NCBI GenBank assembly: GCA_030603365.1
Contig: JAUVXV010000003.1
Location: 128,001 to 192,000, forward strand
Source: Candidatus Heimdallarchaeota archaeon
GTDB taxonomy: Archaea; Asgardarchaeota; Heimdallarchaeia; Heimdallarchaeales; Heimdallarchaeaceae
Reading direction: 5' to 3'
Length of the DNA: 64,000 nucleotides
This document shows positions 8,525-17,712 of the stretch, in pieces. Positions within the stretch are counted from its first letter, which is position 1. The number at the start of each line of letters is the position of its first letter. The position numbers and the translations under genes were made by a program. The notes under the pieces are model-generated. The model was given only the letters and a program-made list of their open reading frames with translations, was not told the origin of the DNA and did not search any database.

Positions 8525-9476
8525 ACCATCAACCTATCCGCATGAAACAGATGTAGAAATCCAAGTTATTGAAACAAATATAAGTTGGGTTTTTCTTACT
8601 GGATCACATGCTTATAAAATGAAGAAAGAAATAAAATTCGGAGAAATTCTTGATTTTTCAACACTGGAAAAGAGACACATTGCATGTGAGAATGAGATAA
8701 TATTCAACAAGAGATTAGCTCCTTCTATTTATCTAGAATATGTTTCACTAAATTCAGATTTACAGATCTCTGGACAAGGTCTGCCTATAGAATATTTAGT
8801 AAAAATGAAACAACTGGAACAAGAAGATTTACTTCTCGAAAAAGTCATAAGAGGGGAAGAAATCTCCGATACTCTACTTGTTACATTGGCTAATGTGATT
8901 TTTAAATTTCATCAGAGGAATGTTATTGACCCTAGTTTCTCAGTTTTTGAGACTATTTATGAGAAATGGGATGAGAATTTTCGAACGACACGAACGTATC
9001 CTAACTTTCCATTTGATAGGGATTTAGAAAAACGAGTATACCAATTTCTAGAGAAGAATAAGACGTATTTTGAAAAACGAGGAATTGAGAAGAAGATTGT
9101 TGATGGTCACGGAGATTTAATATTGGCAAATATCTTTAAATCTGAAGAAAGTGTGATTATTTTTGATTGCATAGAATTTAATGAGATGTTAAGAATTCAA
9201 GATATTTTGGAAGAGGTAGCATTTCTAGCCATGGACTTAGATTTTCATGAAATGCGTAAAAAATCTGATTTATTCTTATCCTCATATCTTGAAAAAACCG
9301 ATGAAAATCTGACTCCTTCATCACCCATATTAAGTTTCTATAAATCGTATAGAGCGTATGTGAGAGCAAAAGTATATTTCTCTCAATCATTACAAGAACA
9401 ATCTGAGCAAAAGAAAACTGAAGTTGAAGAACTTTCGTTGAAATATATGGAATTAGCTTCATCTTATCACTTCTAA
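8487..9476 (+). CDS. Aminoglycoside-phosphotransferase-like kinase (COG2187-like)
   Basis: IETNISWVFLTG..AYKMKK, NKRLAP, DGHGDL..ANI, FDCIEFN, AFLAMDL, YRAYVRAKV. Confidence 0.88.
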   Translation: MLSQKEKVELLSKPSTYPHETDVEIQVIETNISWVFLTGSHAYKMKKEIKFGEILDFSTLEKRHIACENEIIFNKRLAPSIYLEYVSLNSDLQISGQGLPIEYLVKMKQLEQEDLLLEKVIRGEEISDTLLVTLANVIFKFHQRNVIDPSFSVFETIYEKWDENFRTTRTYPNFPFDRDLEKRVYQFLEKNKTYFEKRGIEKKIVDGHGDLILANIFKSEESVIIFDCIEFNEMLRIQDILEEVAFLAMDLDFHEMRKKSDLFLSSYLEKTDENLTPSSPILSFYKSYRAYVRAKVYFSQSLQEQSEQKKTEVEELSLKYMELASSYHF

Positions 9477-9481
9477 AAACT

Positions 9482-10360
9482 GTGAACAATATGTCTAATA
9501 TTGATGTTAAAATTGGTTGTCATGTATCAATTGCAAAATCAGTAGATTTAGCAGTAGACAGAGCTGTTCAAATCAATGGTAATACATTTCAGATTTTTAC
9601 TAAAAATCCTAGAGGATGGTCAGCTAAAATACTCAATGAAGAAGAAGTTCAACAGTTTCGTTTAAAGCTAAAAAAACATGAGATAACCCATGTTTTTGGT
9701 CATATCTCTTATTTACCAAACCTTGCTTCTACAGATTCAGAAATATATTCAAAGTCTATTCGTTCATTTCTCAACGAAATTGAGAGGTGTGTTACCTTAG
9801 GAGTTTCTTACTTTGTTGTTCATGGGGGTTCATACAAAAGTAGTACATTTGATAAAGGTATGAAACGATATATTGATTCTATTTTGAAGGGTATAGATCA
9901 AGCTAAAGGGAAGGTTGTAATCCTCATCGAAAATTCCTCTGGTGGTGTTAATTCACTAACAGGTACATTTGATAATATAAGCGTAATCTTAGATGAAATA
10001 GCAGATAAAAGTGCAGTGCAAGTGTGCTTAGATACCTGTCATGCTTTTAGTTCAGGATATGATTTGCGTACTGAAAAATCTGTTAGTAAAACTATTAATG
10101 ATATGGAAACACATATCGGATTAAGTAATATCTCTCTTATTCACGCTAATGATTCTCTCGGAAAACTTAACTCTAATAGAGATAGACATCAGCATTTAGG
10201 TCTAGGAGAAATAGGAGAGCAAGGATTCAAAGCAATGATCAATCATAGAAATTTACAAGAGAAACCATGGATTCTTGAAACACCTATAAATGAAATTAGA
10301 GGAGATACTGAAAATATTGAATACTTACGCTCTTTAATTGAAAAAGATAGTAACAATTAG
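9482..10360 (+). CDS. nfo: Endonuclease IV (AP endonuclease family 2)
   Basis: IGCHVSIA, FQIFTKNPRGW, HISYLPNL, LIEN, CLDTCH, HANDS, DRHQHLGLGEIG, ILETP. Confidence 0.95.
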   Translation: MNNMSNIDVKIGCHVSIAKSVDLAVDRAVQINGNTFQIFTKNPRGWSAKILNEEEVQQFRLKLKKHEITHVFGHISYLPNLASTDSEIYSKSIRSFLNEIERCVTLGVSYFVVHGGSYKSSTFDKGMKRYIDSILKGIDQAKGKVVILIENSSGGVNSLTGTFDNISVILDEIADKSAVQVCLDTCHAFSSGYDLRTEKSVSKTINDMETHIGLSNISLIHANDSLGKLNSNRDRHQHLGLGEIGEQGFKAMINHRNLQEKPWILETPINEIRGDTENIEYLRSLIEKDSNN

Positions 10361-10965
10361 AAGAGAGGAGGGAATATTTGATTGAATACTATAGCAAATA
10401 ATACTGCAAGAGCTATTGAATAAAGTCCTGCGAGGAATGAGGGTGCTATTTTTGGTGTTCTCTTCTCACCTGGACGAATATCTGTATCAATAAATCTTCC
10501 AGTTGAATCATCTAATGATTGACCTGTTGCCATCTCACTAATAATTTTCTTCTTTCTTAATACTTGAACCTCTTTCTTGACTTCCTCAAAATCTGCAGCT
10601 TTGAATCTAAGAAATTTTCGTTCAAAAAAGAAGGAAGTTTTAACCCATAACCACAGTGCTTGCATATAATCAAGAGATGTTGAGAATCCATATAATAAAG
10701 CAGAACCACCATACAAGAATAGAAACAGTACAGTTGTGTTCAAAGAACCACTGTTAAAACCAAGCCCTAGAAGAATTCCTGTTAACATGGCTGAAAACCA
10801 TAATATGGATGCTAGAAGCCATGAAGATAATGGCATTTTCATCATATTATCATATAAAATACCTGCTTTGGAAGATTGAAAAGAATAACCACAATATGGG
10901 CATTTGAAAGTTGTTTTATCATCTAAAAGACTAATTTCTTCTAATCTGCAGAATCTACAATCCAT
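10357..10965 (-). CDS. Zn-ribbon-containing membrane protein (3 TM)
   Basis: CRFC...CPYC at the N-terminus, a TM hairpin and a C-terminal TM. Confidence 0.75.
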   Translation of the reverse strand: MDCRFCRLEEISLLDDKTTFKCPYCGYSFQSSKAGILYDNMMKMPLSSWLLASILWFSAMLTGILLGLGFNSGSLNTTVLFLFLYGGSALLYGFSTSLDYMQALWLWVKTSFFFERKFLRFKAADFEEVKKEVQVLRKKKIISEMATGQSLDDSTGRFIDTDIRPGEKRTPKIAPSFLAGLYSIALAVLFAIVFNQIFPPLF

Positions 10966-11061
10966 ACTTGATCACCGATTATTACAAAGAAGATAATTGT
11001 GAAGACTTTATATTCTTTGCGGAATTACCCCATAAGTCGATATATAAAATCTTTTCTCTGT

Positions 11062-11982
11062 TTAAGAGAAGAGAGAGTGAATGTGTTCGTCAAGTTGATA
11101 AGGTTCTAAGTCCTTCTTGTGCTTATTGAGATAATCTTGAATGAGAGAAGAAAGCCTTCTAGCCTCAGGTAGAGCTAATTCATCCTTAACTGCTATAGAT
11201 ATAACATGTTCATTTTCTTCTGTGATGAAATAAAAATAAGGTTCAATTTTAATGACTTTAAATTTCTCATGGCCTAATAATTCATTTGTAAATCCGCTTA
11301 GAGCTCTCAAATAACCAACAAACATACTAGGGTCATCAACAACTTGGTTTGGATCAAATAAACTAATCATGTTTCCATTTAAATCAGAGATAAGAACTGC
11401 TTCAGGAGTTATATCTTGCACTTCCATAAGTTGCTTAACTTTTGTAGTAAACCATTTCATTGCGTAATCAATATTTTCGTTTTCTCTGATTGAGGTTTTA
11501 AAGATTTGAAAAGATAAATTAGAATAGTTGGACATTTTTGTCAGGTTCATTGTATTAATAATCTGTTCTAAATTCATGGAATTCTTGAGGTCTGCTTTGT
11601 TAGCTAAGAAAAGAATTACTTTATCTGAATAGTACCCCTTTAACCATTCGTCTACCATAATCCAGAACCACTTAGTAGCTTCATCCATCTGTTCATTATC
11701 AGTTGAATCTAAAACAAAAATTATACCTACAGAGGTCATAGCATAAGATTTCCAGATGGTTGAACGATAAGATTTTTGTCCTGATATATCAAATATATTA
11801 AAGGTCAAATCCCCTATTTTTATTTGTTCAAAATTCACACCTACTGAAGGTTTTGGTCTAGTAAACTTCTCAACTTTAAACCAATTGACTAGAGTAGTTT
11901 TTCCAACATATGGTAAACCTATAATGGTAATCGGAATACCTTTCTTCTTTAACCTAAGTAAATCGTCCATTCCTTCTCTCAA
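11062..11982 (-). CDS. Arf-family small GTPase fused to a C-terminal longin-like domain
   Basis: GLPYVGKT, PSVG, FDISGQ..YR..W..Y, IIFVLDSTD, ANKAD; the last ~115 aa follow a beta-beta-alpha-beta-beta-beta-alpha-alpha pattern. Confidence 0.85.
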   Translation of the reverse strand: MREGMDDLLRLKKKGIPITIIGLPYVGKTTLVNWFKVEKFTRPKPSVGVNFEQIKIGDLTFNIFDISGQKSYRSTIWKSYAMTSVGIIFVLDSTDNEQMDEATKWFWIMVDEWLKGYYSDKVILFLANKADLKNSMNLEQIINTMNLTKMSNYSNLSFQIFKTSIRENENIDYAMKWFTTKVKQLMEVQDITPEAVLISDLNGNMISLFDPNQVVDDPSMFVGYLRALSGFTNELLGHEKFKVIKIEPYFYFITEENEHVISIAVKDELALPEARRLSSLIQDYLNKHKKDLEPYQLDEHIHSLFS

Positions 11983-12050
11983 AAAATATCCTCCCCAAGT
12001 GTTTTAAATATTAAGATTGAGGAATAAGAAAAAGAAATAGAAAAGATTAT

Positions 12051-14345
12051 TTAGAGATTTAGAACGAAATAATCTAACGTATTTATTAAATCTTGATATG
12101 GAACTGGTTGTTTTTTTCTTCGATTGCGGATTGCTTTAGCATTTTCTCTACAAAAGAGAGAAAAAGTATAAATCATCTTAGGTAATTCTTTCTGCCCCTC
12201 TAAGTAGTCAATGATTTTTCCTACTGTTTCACTGACTTCATAGAATAAATTCCCAGCCTTTGAGTACCAACCTGTTGCTATATCTGATTTTTTAGCTAGA
12301 TGGTATACCTCACCCAGTAGAACATTTCTTATCGCTTCGAAAGTCTTTTTAATTACAGGACCAAAGACATTTCTTCTTTTTACGAAATCCCAATTAATTA
12401 GATTACCCTTAATGGACACGTCTTTGTTTATTGCGATCAACTCTTGTGTATCTAATAAAATTAGATCTAATAATTCATTAAATTCCTTCATCTCAGAAAA
12501 CTGCATCTCAACAGCTTCTGCAAGAAATTTTGGCACTGATTCTGCTTCAGCTGTTAAATCTATCAATTCTTCAATAAACTTTCGAACTACATTTTTATAG
12601 GTACTTTGAAGACCTAATGAAACCAAACTTGACTCAGTGACCATACCTACAGTTTTTGTTTCCACCATTCGATCATTAATCAGATTATTCAATTCCTTTT
12701 CTTTTCTTTTGAGTCCTGTTAGGCTTTGATCTGCTTTCTTTGCAAAATAGTGGCTTCTAGCCCGTAGAATTAAATCTAGAACTATGTTATTATCAGCATA
12801 GAGATAGATTTTGTTTTCAGCAATCAATGACTTCAGATAATTTCTGATAGCAAGAACCTTCTTTCTATGATCATCTCTCTCAGGAAGGAAAGGAGGAAGC
12901 AACTCTATTGCTTTTTCAAGGTAAGAAAGTTTTTCGTCTAATTCTTCTAATTCATCTAAACTCGCTTCTGGGTTCTCATCATCAATTTCTAAGAGATCTA
13001 GATGAACTTCTGAAAGAGCTGAGTTCATCGCTTTAAGAGGAAAATTGAATTGAGAAATCAATCTGTCTATAATATTAAGATGGGATAGATCTCGTCCCAA
13101 CAATTCTGTTATAATACTTGAGGCTGATGAATAAGCTACACTAACGCCATAGATGAAAGGTAATGATCCTGCTGATTCAATCTTTTGAAGTAGTTTTTCT
13201 ATATCCACACATTTTTCTAAAGCTTTTTCGCCATCTTGTTTATACAGATTATCTATTAAAGAAGAATAATTTAGACCTAATTCGGTTAGAGATTCTAGTA
13301 TTTTTAATTCTGATTCATCTTGTTGCAGTCTTTTAAGAATAATTATACTTTCTGGATTGTCTGTGGAAATCAGCAATTTACATGCCTTATTGTATTCTTT
13401 CAATGCTTTGTCATAATAAGAAGCTGCATGCTCCAAATCACCTATCTCTAATGCATTTTGTGCAAGAAACTTAAAATGTTGTACTAAAGAAATTGAAGAA
13501 TGAGCATCAACTATTGGTAAAAATTCATTTTGAATTGTAATTGCCCTACTTCCTTGAGTTTCTTTCGTTTTGCTGAGATAATCTATTGTAGTTTCGAAAT
13601 GCTCTCTTGCATGATCTAAGATTGACAGTTCAGAGATTGGATCTCTCCACCAAAAGTCTTGAGCAGCCTTTCTAGAAATATCAATTATATGAGAAAGTAA
13701 TGTAACACCTTGAAGATAATCATATTCACTTTTTACAAGAAGAACTTTAGGGTCATCTTTGCTATTCGGAAGATTATCATAAATAGGGAGAAGTCGTTTT
13801 AGATTTTCCAATTGCACAAGTGGCATAATAACCCGTAAGAGGTCTTCTTTTGTTGGAGAAGGGGTGAATCCTTCAGTTTCAACCACTGGCAATTGATCGT
13901 TAAGGATTCTATACAATATCCTATCTATCGATTCTTTTGAAGTTATATAGTAAATATACTGACTACTTGAAGGAGAATGATTGAAAACCCCTCTATTTCT
14001 TACTTGAGAATAAACATATGTGAGAACACTCAATTGGAGTTCAAATTGGTTTAAAGCCATAATTTGATTTCTAAAATCTCCATAGAGTAATTGGTGAAGA
14101 GGGAGAGGGTTTTCTTTTCCTTGTATTACATCATTAATTACGTCATACACTCTCTCAACTGCCATATCTGCAAGACTATTGATCGCAGATAAATTTCGAG
14201 CACAAGATTCTGCAAAAGATATCCAAGCTTCAGAAATCTCTTTAGGTTCATCTAAAGTAGTAAAAGAACGATAAAGAGTATCTCTTTCTAATTCCATTTC
14301 TACGAATTTGTTGAAAGGTCGTGTATCCAATAGGGAAAGATGCAT
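12051..14345 (-). CDS. Large all-alpha (TPR/solenoid-like) hypothetical protein
   Basis: 764 aa of amphipathic helices; TPR-like GDLEHAASYYDKAL and LGEVYH...ATGWYSKA. Confidence 0.7.
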   Translation of the reverse strand: MHLSLLDTRPFNKFVEMELERDTLYRSFTTLDEPKEISEAWISFAESCARNLSAINSLADMAVERVYDVINDVIQGKENPLPLHQLLYGDFRNQIMALNQFELQLSVLTYVYSQVRNRGVFNHSPSSSQYIYYITSKESIDRILYRILNDQLPVVETEGFTPSPTKEDLLRVIMPLVQLENLKRLLPIYDNLPNSKDDPKVLLVKSEYDYLQGVTLLSHIIDISRKAAQDFWWRDPISELSILDHAREHFETTIDYLSKTKETQGSRAITIQNEFLPIVDAHSSISLVQHFKFLAQNALEIGDLEHAASYYDKALKEYNKACKLLISTDNPESIIILKRLQQDESELKILESLTELGLNYSSLIDNLYKQDGEKALEKCVDIEKLLQKIESAGSLPFIYGVSVAYSSASSIITELLGRDLSHLNIIDRLISQFNFPLKAMNSALSEVHLDLLEIDDENPEASLDELEELDEKLSYLEKAIELLPPFLPERDDHRKKVLAIRNYLKSLIAENKIYLYADNNIVLDLILRARSHYFAKKADQSLTGLKRKEKELNNLINDRMVETKTVGMVTESSLVSLGLQSTYKNVVRKFIEELIDLTAEAESVPKFLAEAVEMQFSEMKEFNELLDLILLDTQELIAINKDVSIKGNLINWDFVKRRNVFGPVIKKTFEAIRNVLLGEVYHLAKKSDIATGWYSKAGNLFYEVSETVGKIIDYLEGQKELPKMIYTFSLFCRENAKAIRNRRKKQPVPYQDLINTLDYFVLNL

Positions 14346-14431
14346 AATAGAAGATACATTTTAACTTCAATAAATGTTTTGCATTGAATTCGATGCACAA
14401 AATCTAAATATTCTCTCTTAAATCTGATATT

Positions 14432-15517
14432 GTGAAACCTTTAGATTTTCTAAAAAGACAAGAACTTATTCAAGGGAAACTACAGTCTCAAAACATCGAT
14501 ATGTTAATGATTCCTCCGTCTATTAACTTCTTCTACATGTTTAAGGGTTATCTTCAATTGAGTGAAAGATTGATTTGTGGAATTATCGATAGAAATGAAG
14601 ATTCTATAATAATCGCACCATCTTTTGAGAAGGAGAATATGAAAATACAAACAACTTTTGATGATGTAATTACATGGAAAGAGGAAGAAGATCCATATAT
14701 TATCCTTAAGCAAGCACTATCCTATGAACCTAAAAAAATAGCTTTAGAACCTTCCACTCCTTTCAATGTTTATACAAGACTCAAGAAACAGTTTCCTTCT
14801 GCTGAATTTGTAGATGGGGGTTTATTTCTTAATGAATTAAGAACTATAAAAACTGAAGCAGAAGTTCAGAGAATGATTCAAGCAGCTGAGCATACAGCCG
14901 AAGGTATAACAAAAACACTAGATTCTATAAAAGAAGGACAAACTGAACTGGAAATACTTAAGTTAGCACAAAAACAGTTGTCTAATCTTTCTGGTGAAAT
15001 GAGTTGGTTTTTAGTACAAATTGATGAAAACAGTGCAGTTCCACATGGTAAGCCATCAAATAAGAAACTAAAGAAAAATAGTGTAGTATTAATAGACGCT
15101 GGAACAACATGTGATCATTATTTTGCAGACATTACAGTAACAAGCGTTCATGGTAATGCATCAGAGGAGTTTCTCAAAGTCTATGCCATAGTAGAAGAAG
15201 CTAACAATGCTGCACTTGAGAAATCAAAAGCCGGAGTCCCAGCAGAAGAAGTAGATTTTGCTGCTAGAGGAGTGATTGAAAAAGCTAGATATGGCGAATA
15301 TTTCACTCACCGATTAGGACATGGTTTGGGACTTCAAGTTCATGAAGAACCTTACATAGTCAAGGGTAATAGAGAACCGCTAGTTAAAGGGAATGTGCAT
15401 ACTGATGAACCTGGAATATATATACCTGGTAAATTTGGTATTCGCATAGAAGATGATGTTTTAGTTCAAGAGAAATCCAAACGATTAGTTGAATTTGATA
15501 GATATCTGTGGAAATAA
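14432..15517 (+). CDS. Xaa-Pro aminopeptidase/prolidase (M24B)
   Basis: SAVPHG, LIDAG, YFADIT, FTHRLGHGLGLQVHEEP, EPGIY, GIRIEDDV. Confidence 0.95.
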   Translation: MKPLDFLKRQELIQGKLQSQNIDMLMIPPSINFFYMFKGYLQLSERLICGIIDRNEDSIIIAPSFEKENMKIQTTFDDVITWKEEEDPYIILKQALSYEPKKIALEPSTPFNVYTRLKKQFPSAEFVDGGLFLNELRTIKTEAEVQRMIQAAEHTAEGITKTLDSIKEGQTELEILKLAQKQLSNLSGEMSWFLVQIDENSAVPHGKPSNKKLKKNSVVLIDAGTTCDHYFADITVTSVHGNASEEFLKVYAIVEEANNAALEKSKAGVPAEEVDFAARGVIEKARYGEYFTHRLGHGLGLQVHEEPYIVKGNREPLVKGNVHTDEPGIYIPGKFGIRIEDDVLVQEKSKRLVEFDRYLWK

Positions 15518-16293
15518 ACATGAAATACCATAATTATGATAGATTAGCAGAAGTTTATGATGAAACAAGATTGATTCCTCTAGAACTCTCTTCTTTCTTT
15601 AAACATGAAATACAAAATTATCTAAAGAACAACTTTTTTCCACCTCCTAATAGAATTTTATCTATTGGTTTAGGAACTGGAAGAGTAGAATCACTTCTTT
15701 CTTCAAGAAACTATCAGTTATTTGGTATAGATATCGCTTCTAAAATGCTTAAAATGTTAAATAACAAAGAAATAAATCCGCCTTGTTATACAGCTCAAGC
15801 AGATGGTTTTTCTTTACCATTTTCAAAACCTTTTCACATAATTCTTCTCATACAAGTTATTCATTTAATTGATCACATTGAGAAGTTCTTTGAGGAAGTA
15901 CGTAATTTCGGTCAAGTTTTAGTTGTAGGTAATGCTTATACCGAAACTCATGAACATCCTTACTATGTAAAATTCCTTGAACTTCTAAAGAAAAATGGCT
16001 GGTCTGAAATTAAAGAAGATGTTCCTAAATCTGTGAAATTCCGAGAATTCATGAGTGATCATGATTTTAGTGTAATTGAGAAAAAAATGTCAATTGAAAG
16101 TTCTCTCCAGAATTTGCAAATATATGAAGGTATTAAAAATCGCTATTTTTCGAGCTTTTGGCAAGTAGAAAATAATATTTTCAATCAAACTATGTTGGAT
16201 TTTGACCAATTTATTTCAGATGATAACTGTAAGAAGAGTGATGTTTACCAGACTCGATCCAATGTGAATTTGACTTTTTATGAATTAAACTAG
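15508..16293 (+). CDS. Class I SAM-dependent methyltransferase
   Basis: YDRLAEVYDETR, ILSIGLGTGR, GIDIASKML, ADGFSLPF, VIHLI. Confidence 0.85.
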   Translation: MEINMKYHNYDRLAEVYDETRLIPLELSSFFKHEIQNYLKNNFFPPPNRILSIGLGTGRVESLLSSRNYQLFGIDIASKMLKMLNNKEINPPCYTAQADGFSLPFSKPFHIILLIQVIHLIDHIEKFFEEVRNFGQVLVVGNAYTETHEHPYYVKFLELLKKNGWSEIKEDVPKSVKFREFMSDHDFSVIEKKMSIESSLQNLQIYEGIKNRYFSSFWQVENNIFNQTMLDFDQFISDDNCKKSDVYQTRSNVNLTFYELN

Positions 16294-16517
16294 CTCTCTA
16301 TTTCTTTCTTTTTCTTTTTCTTTTTTCTCAATTCTGCAAAAGTGACTAATCTGAATATTTTGACGAGTAAAACTATTATCACCACTATTATTCCAATGGT
16401 TAAAGCCAGTGCAAGCGCTACGGGAACAATTATAATTCCTGAAAGAATACCACCTATGATTTTAAGAGCTTTTTTCATGCTCATAGATATCTTGAACTGG
16501 TTTTTATATTTTTCCAA
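16290..16517 (-). CDS. Small membrane protein with poly-Lys tail
   Basis: Long hydrophobic stretch followed by RKKKKKKKE; co-oriented downstream of hypA. Confidence 0.55.
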   Translation of the reverse strand: MEKYKNQFKISMSMKKALKIIGGILSGIIIVPVALALALTIGIIVVIIVLLVKIFRLVTFAELRKKKKKKKEIES

Positions 16518-16545
16518 GGGAAGTTAAACCAAAGTGAAAATATTT

Positions 16546-16926
16546 CTATTCCAGGATTTCGAGATCTACAGATTCTATTGTTAAATGTCTGATGTTAAGA
16601 TGGGTATCTCTTGAACCACATTTTGAACATTTGAAATTGTATGCAAACTCTTTATCACCTTCCTCAGAAGGTTCTCCTTTAAACTCGCACTCCAAACAGA
16701 TGATTTCTGCAGGTAATTTTAGTAATTCTAGATGAGCATTTTGAAATAATTCTATTTCAGTTATAATAATTTTGAATGCGTCCTGTAATAATTCGGGAAT
16801 TATCATTTCATAAGGATCTGCAGATACAGTCACTTTGTTAACTTTTAACGCTTTATGCTCAATCGCAATCTGCTTAACTTGATTGACAATTGCAGATGCT
16901 AGGCTGTATTCATGCATTTCATTCAA
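16546..16926 (-). CDS. hypA: Hydrogenase maturation nickel chaperone HypA
   Basis: MHEYSLA, CLEC...CSKCGS. Confidence 0.93.
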   Translation of the reverse strand: MNEMHEYSLASAIVNQVKQIAIEHKALKVNKVTVSADPYEMIIPELLQDAFKIIITEIELFQNAHLELLKLPAEIICLECEFKGEPSEEGDKEFAYNFKCSKCGSRDTHLNIRHLTIESVDLEILE

Positions 16927-16927
16927 C

Positions 16928-17581
16928 CTATTGTATTTTGATTCCTAAAGAAGCAATAAGCTCATCAATACCAGTTATTTGTTTTGCACTTGTACACAAA
17001 ACATCCATGTTAGATTTGATTTTCTTTGCGTCTTCAACCAAAACTTGAGAATCAAAGCCTAAACCATCTAGGTCACATTTGTTAATGACAGCTATCTGAG
17101 CTCCCTTGAAAATAATGGGGTGTTTCTTAATAACATACTCCCCTTCAGTAATACTGACAACAACAATATTTTTCTGAGCACCAACATCCCATGCAGCAGG
17201 ACAGATTAAGTTCCCAACATTTTCAGTAAAGAAAATATCATAATCATCAACATTTATTTTATCTAACTCATTTTTGATGAGTTTTGCATTGAGATGACAT
17301 CCTCCTCCAGTGTTTATTTGAACAGTATCTACCCCCTTTTTTGCAATTCTATCTGCATCAATTGTTGTAGCAATATCACCGTTTATGACAAATATTCTAA
17401 AATAAGGTGAAAGTTTTTCTGCAATTCTTTCTAATAAAAATGTTTTACCAGCACCAATAGAACCCATAATATTGAAGAAGAGCTTGTTTTTGCTTTTCAT
17501 CATCTCTCTAATTTCATCTGCAAGTATGTCATTCTGTAGATATGCGGGTTTCTTTACAGAAATTTTCTTCTCTTGTGTCAT
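16928..17581 (-). CDS. hypB: Hydrogenase nickel-incorporation GTPase HypB
   Basis: GSIGAGKT, DADRI, QINTGGGCHL, ENVGNLICPA, INKCD, TSAK. Confidence 0.95.
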   Translation of the reverse strand: MTQEKKISVKKPAYLQNDILADEIREMMKSKNKLFFNIMGSIGAGKTFLLERIAEKLSPYFRIFVINGDIATTIDADRIAKKGVDTVQINTGGGCHLNAKLIKNELDKINVDDYDIFFTENVGNLICPAAWDVGAQKNIVVVSITEGEYVIKKHPIIFKGAQIAVINKCDLDGLGFDSQVLVEDAKKIKSNMDVLCTSAKQITGIDELIASLGIKIQ

Positions 17582-17712
17582 TTCCCTAATTTCACGGGTT
17601 CAAACTAATGTTATAAGTTATTCGATTTAACTATAGAATGATACTAGTACAGCAATAAGATTTATTACCTTAAAATTTGTAATATCTATAATAACCGTTT
17701 AGAGGTAATTAT

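Noticed and set aside
16546-17581. Hydrogenase gene cluster
   Set aside because: Only hypA and hypB are present; there are no structural or other hyp genes in the window
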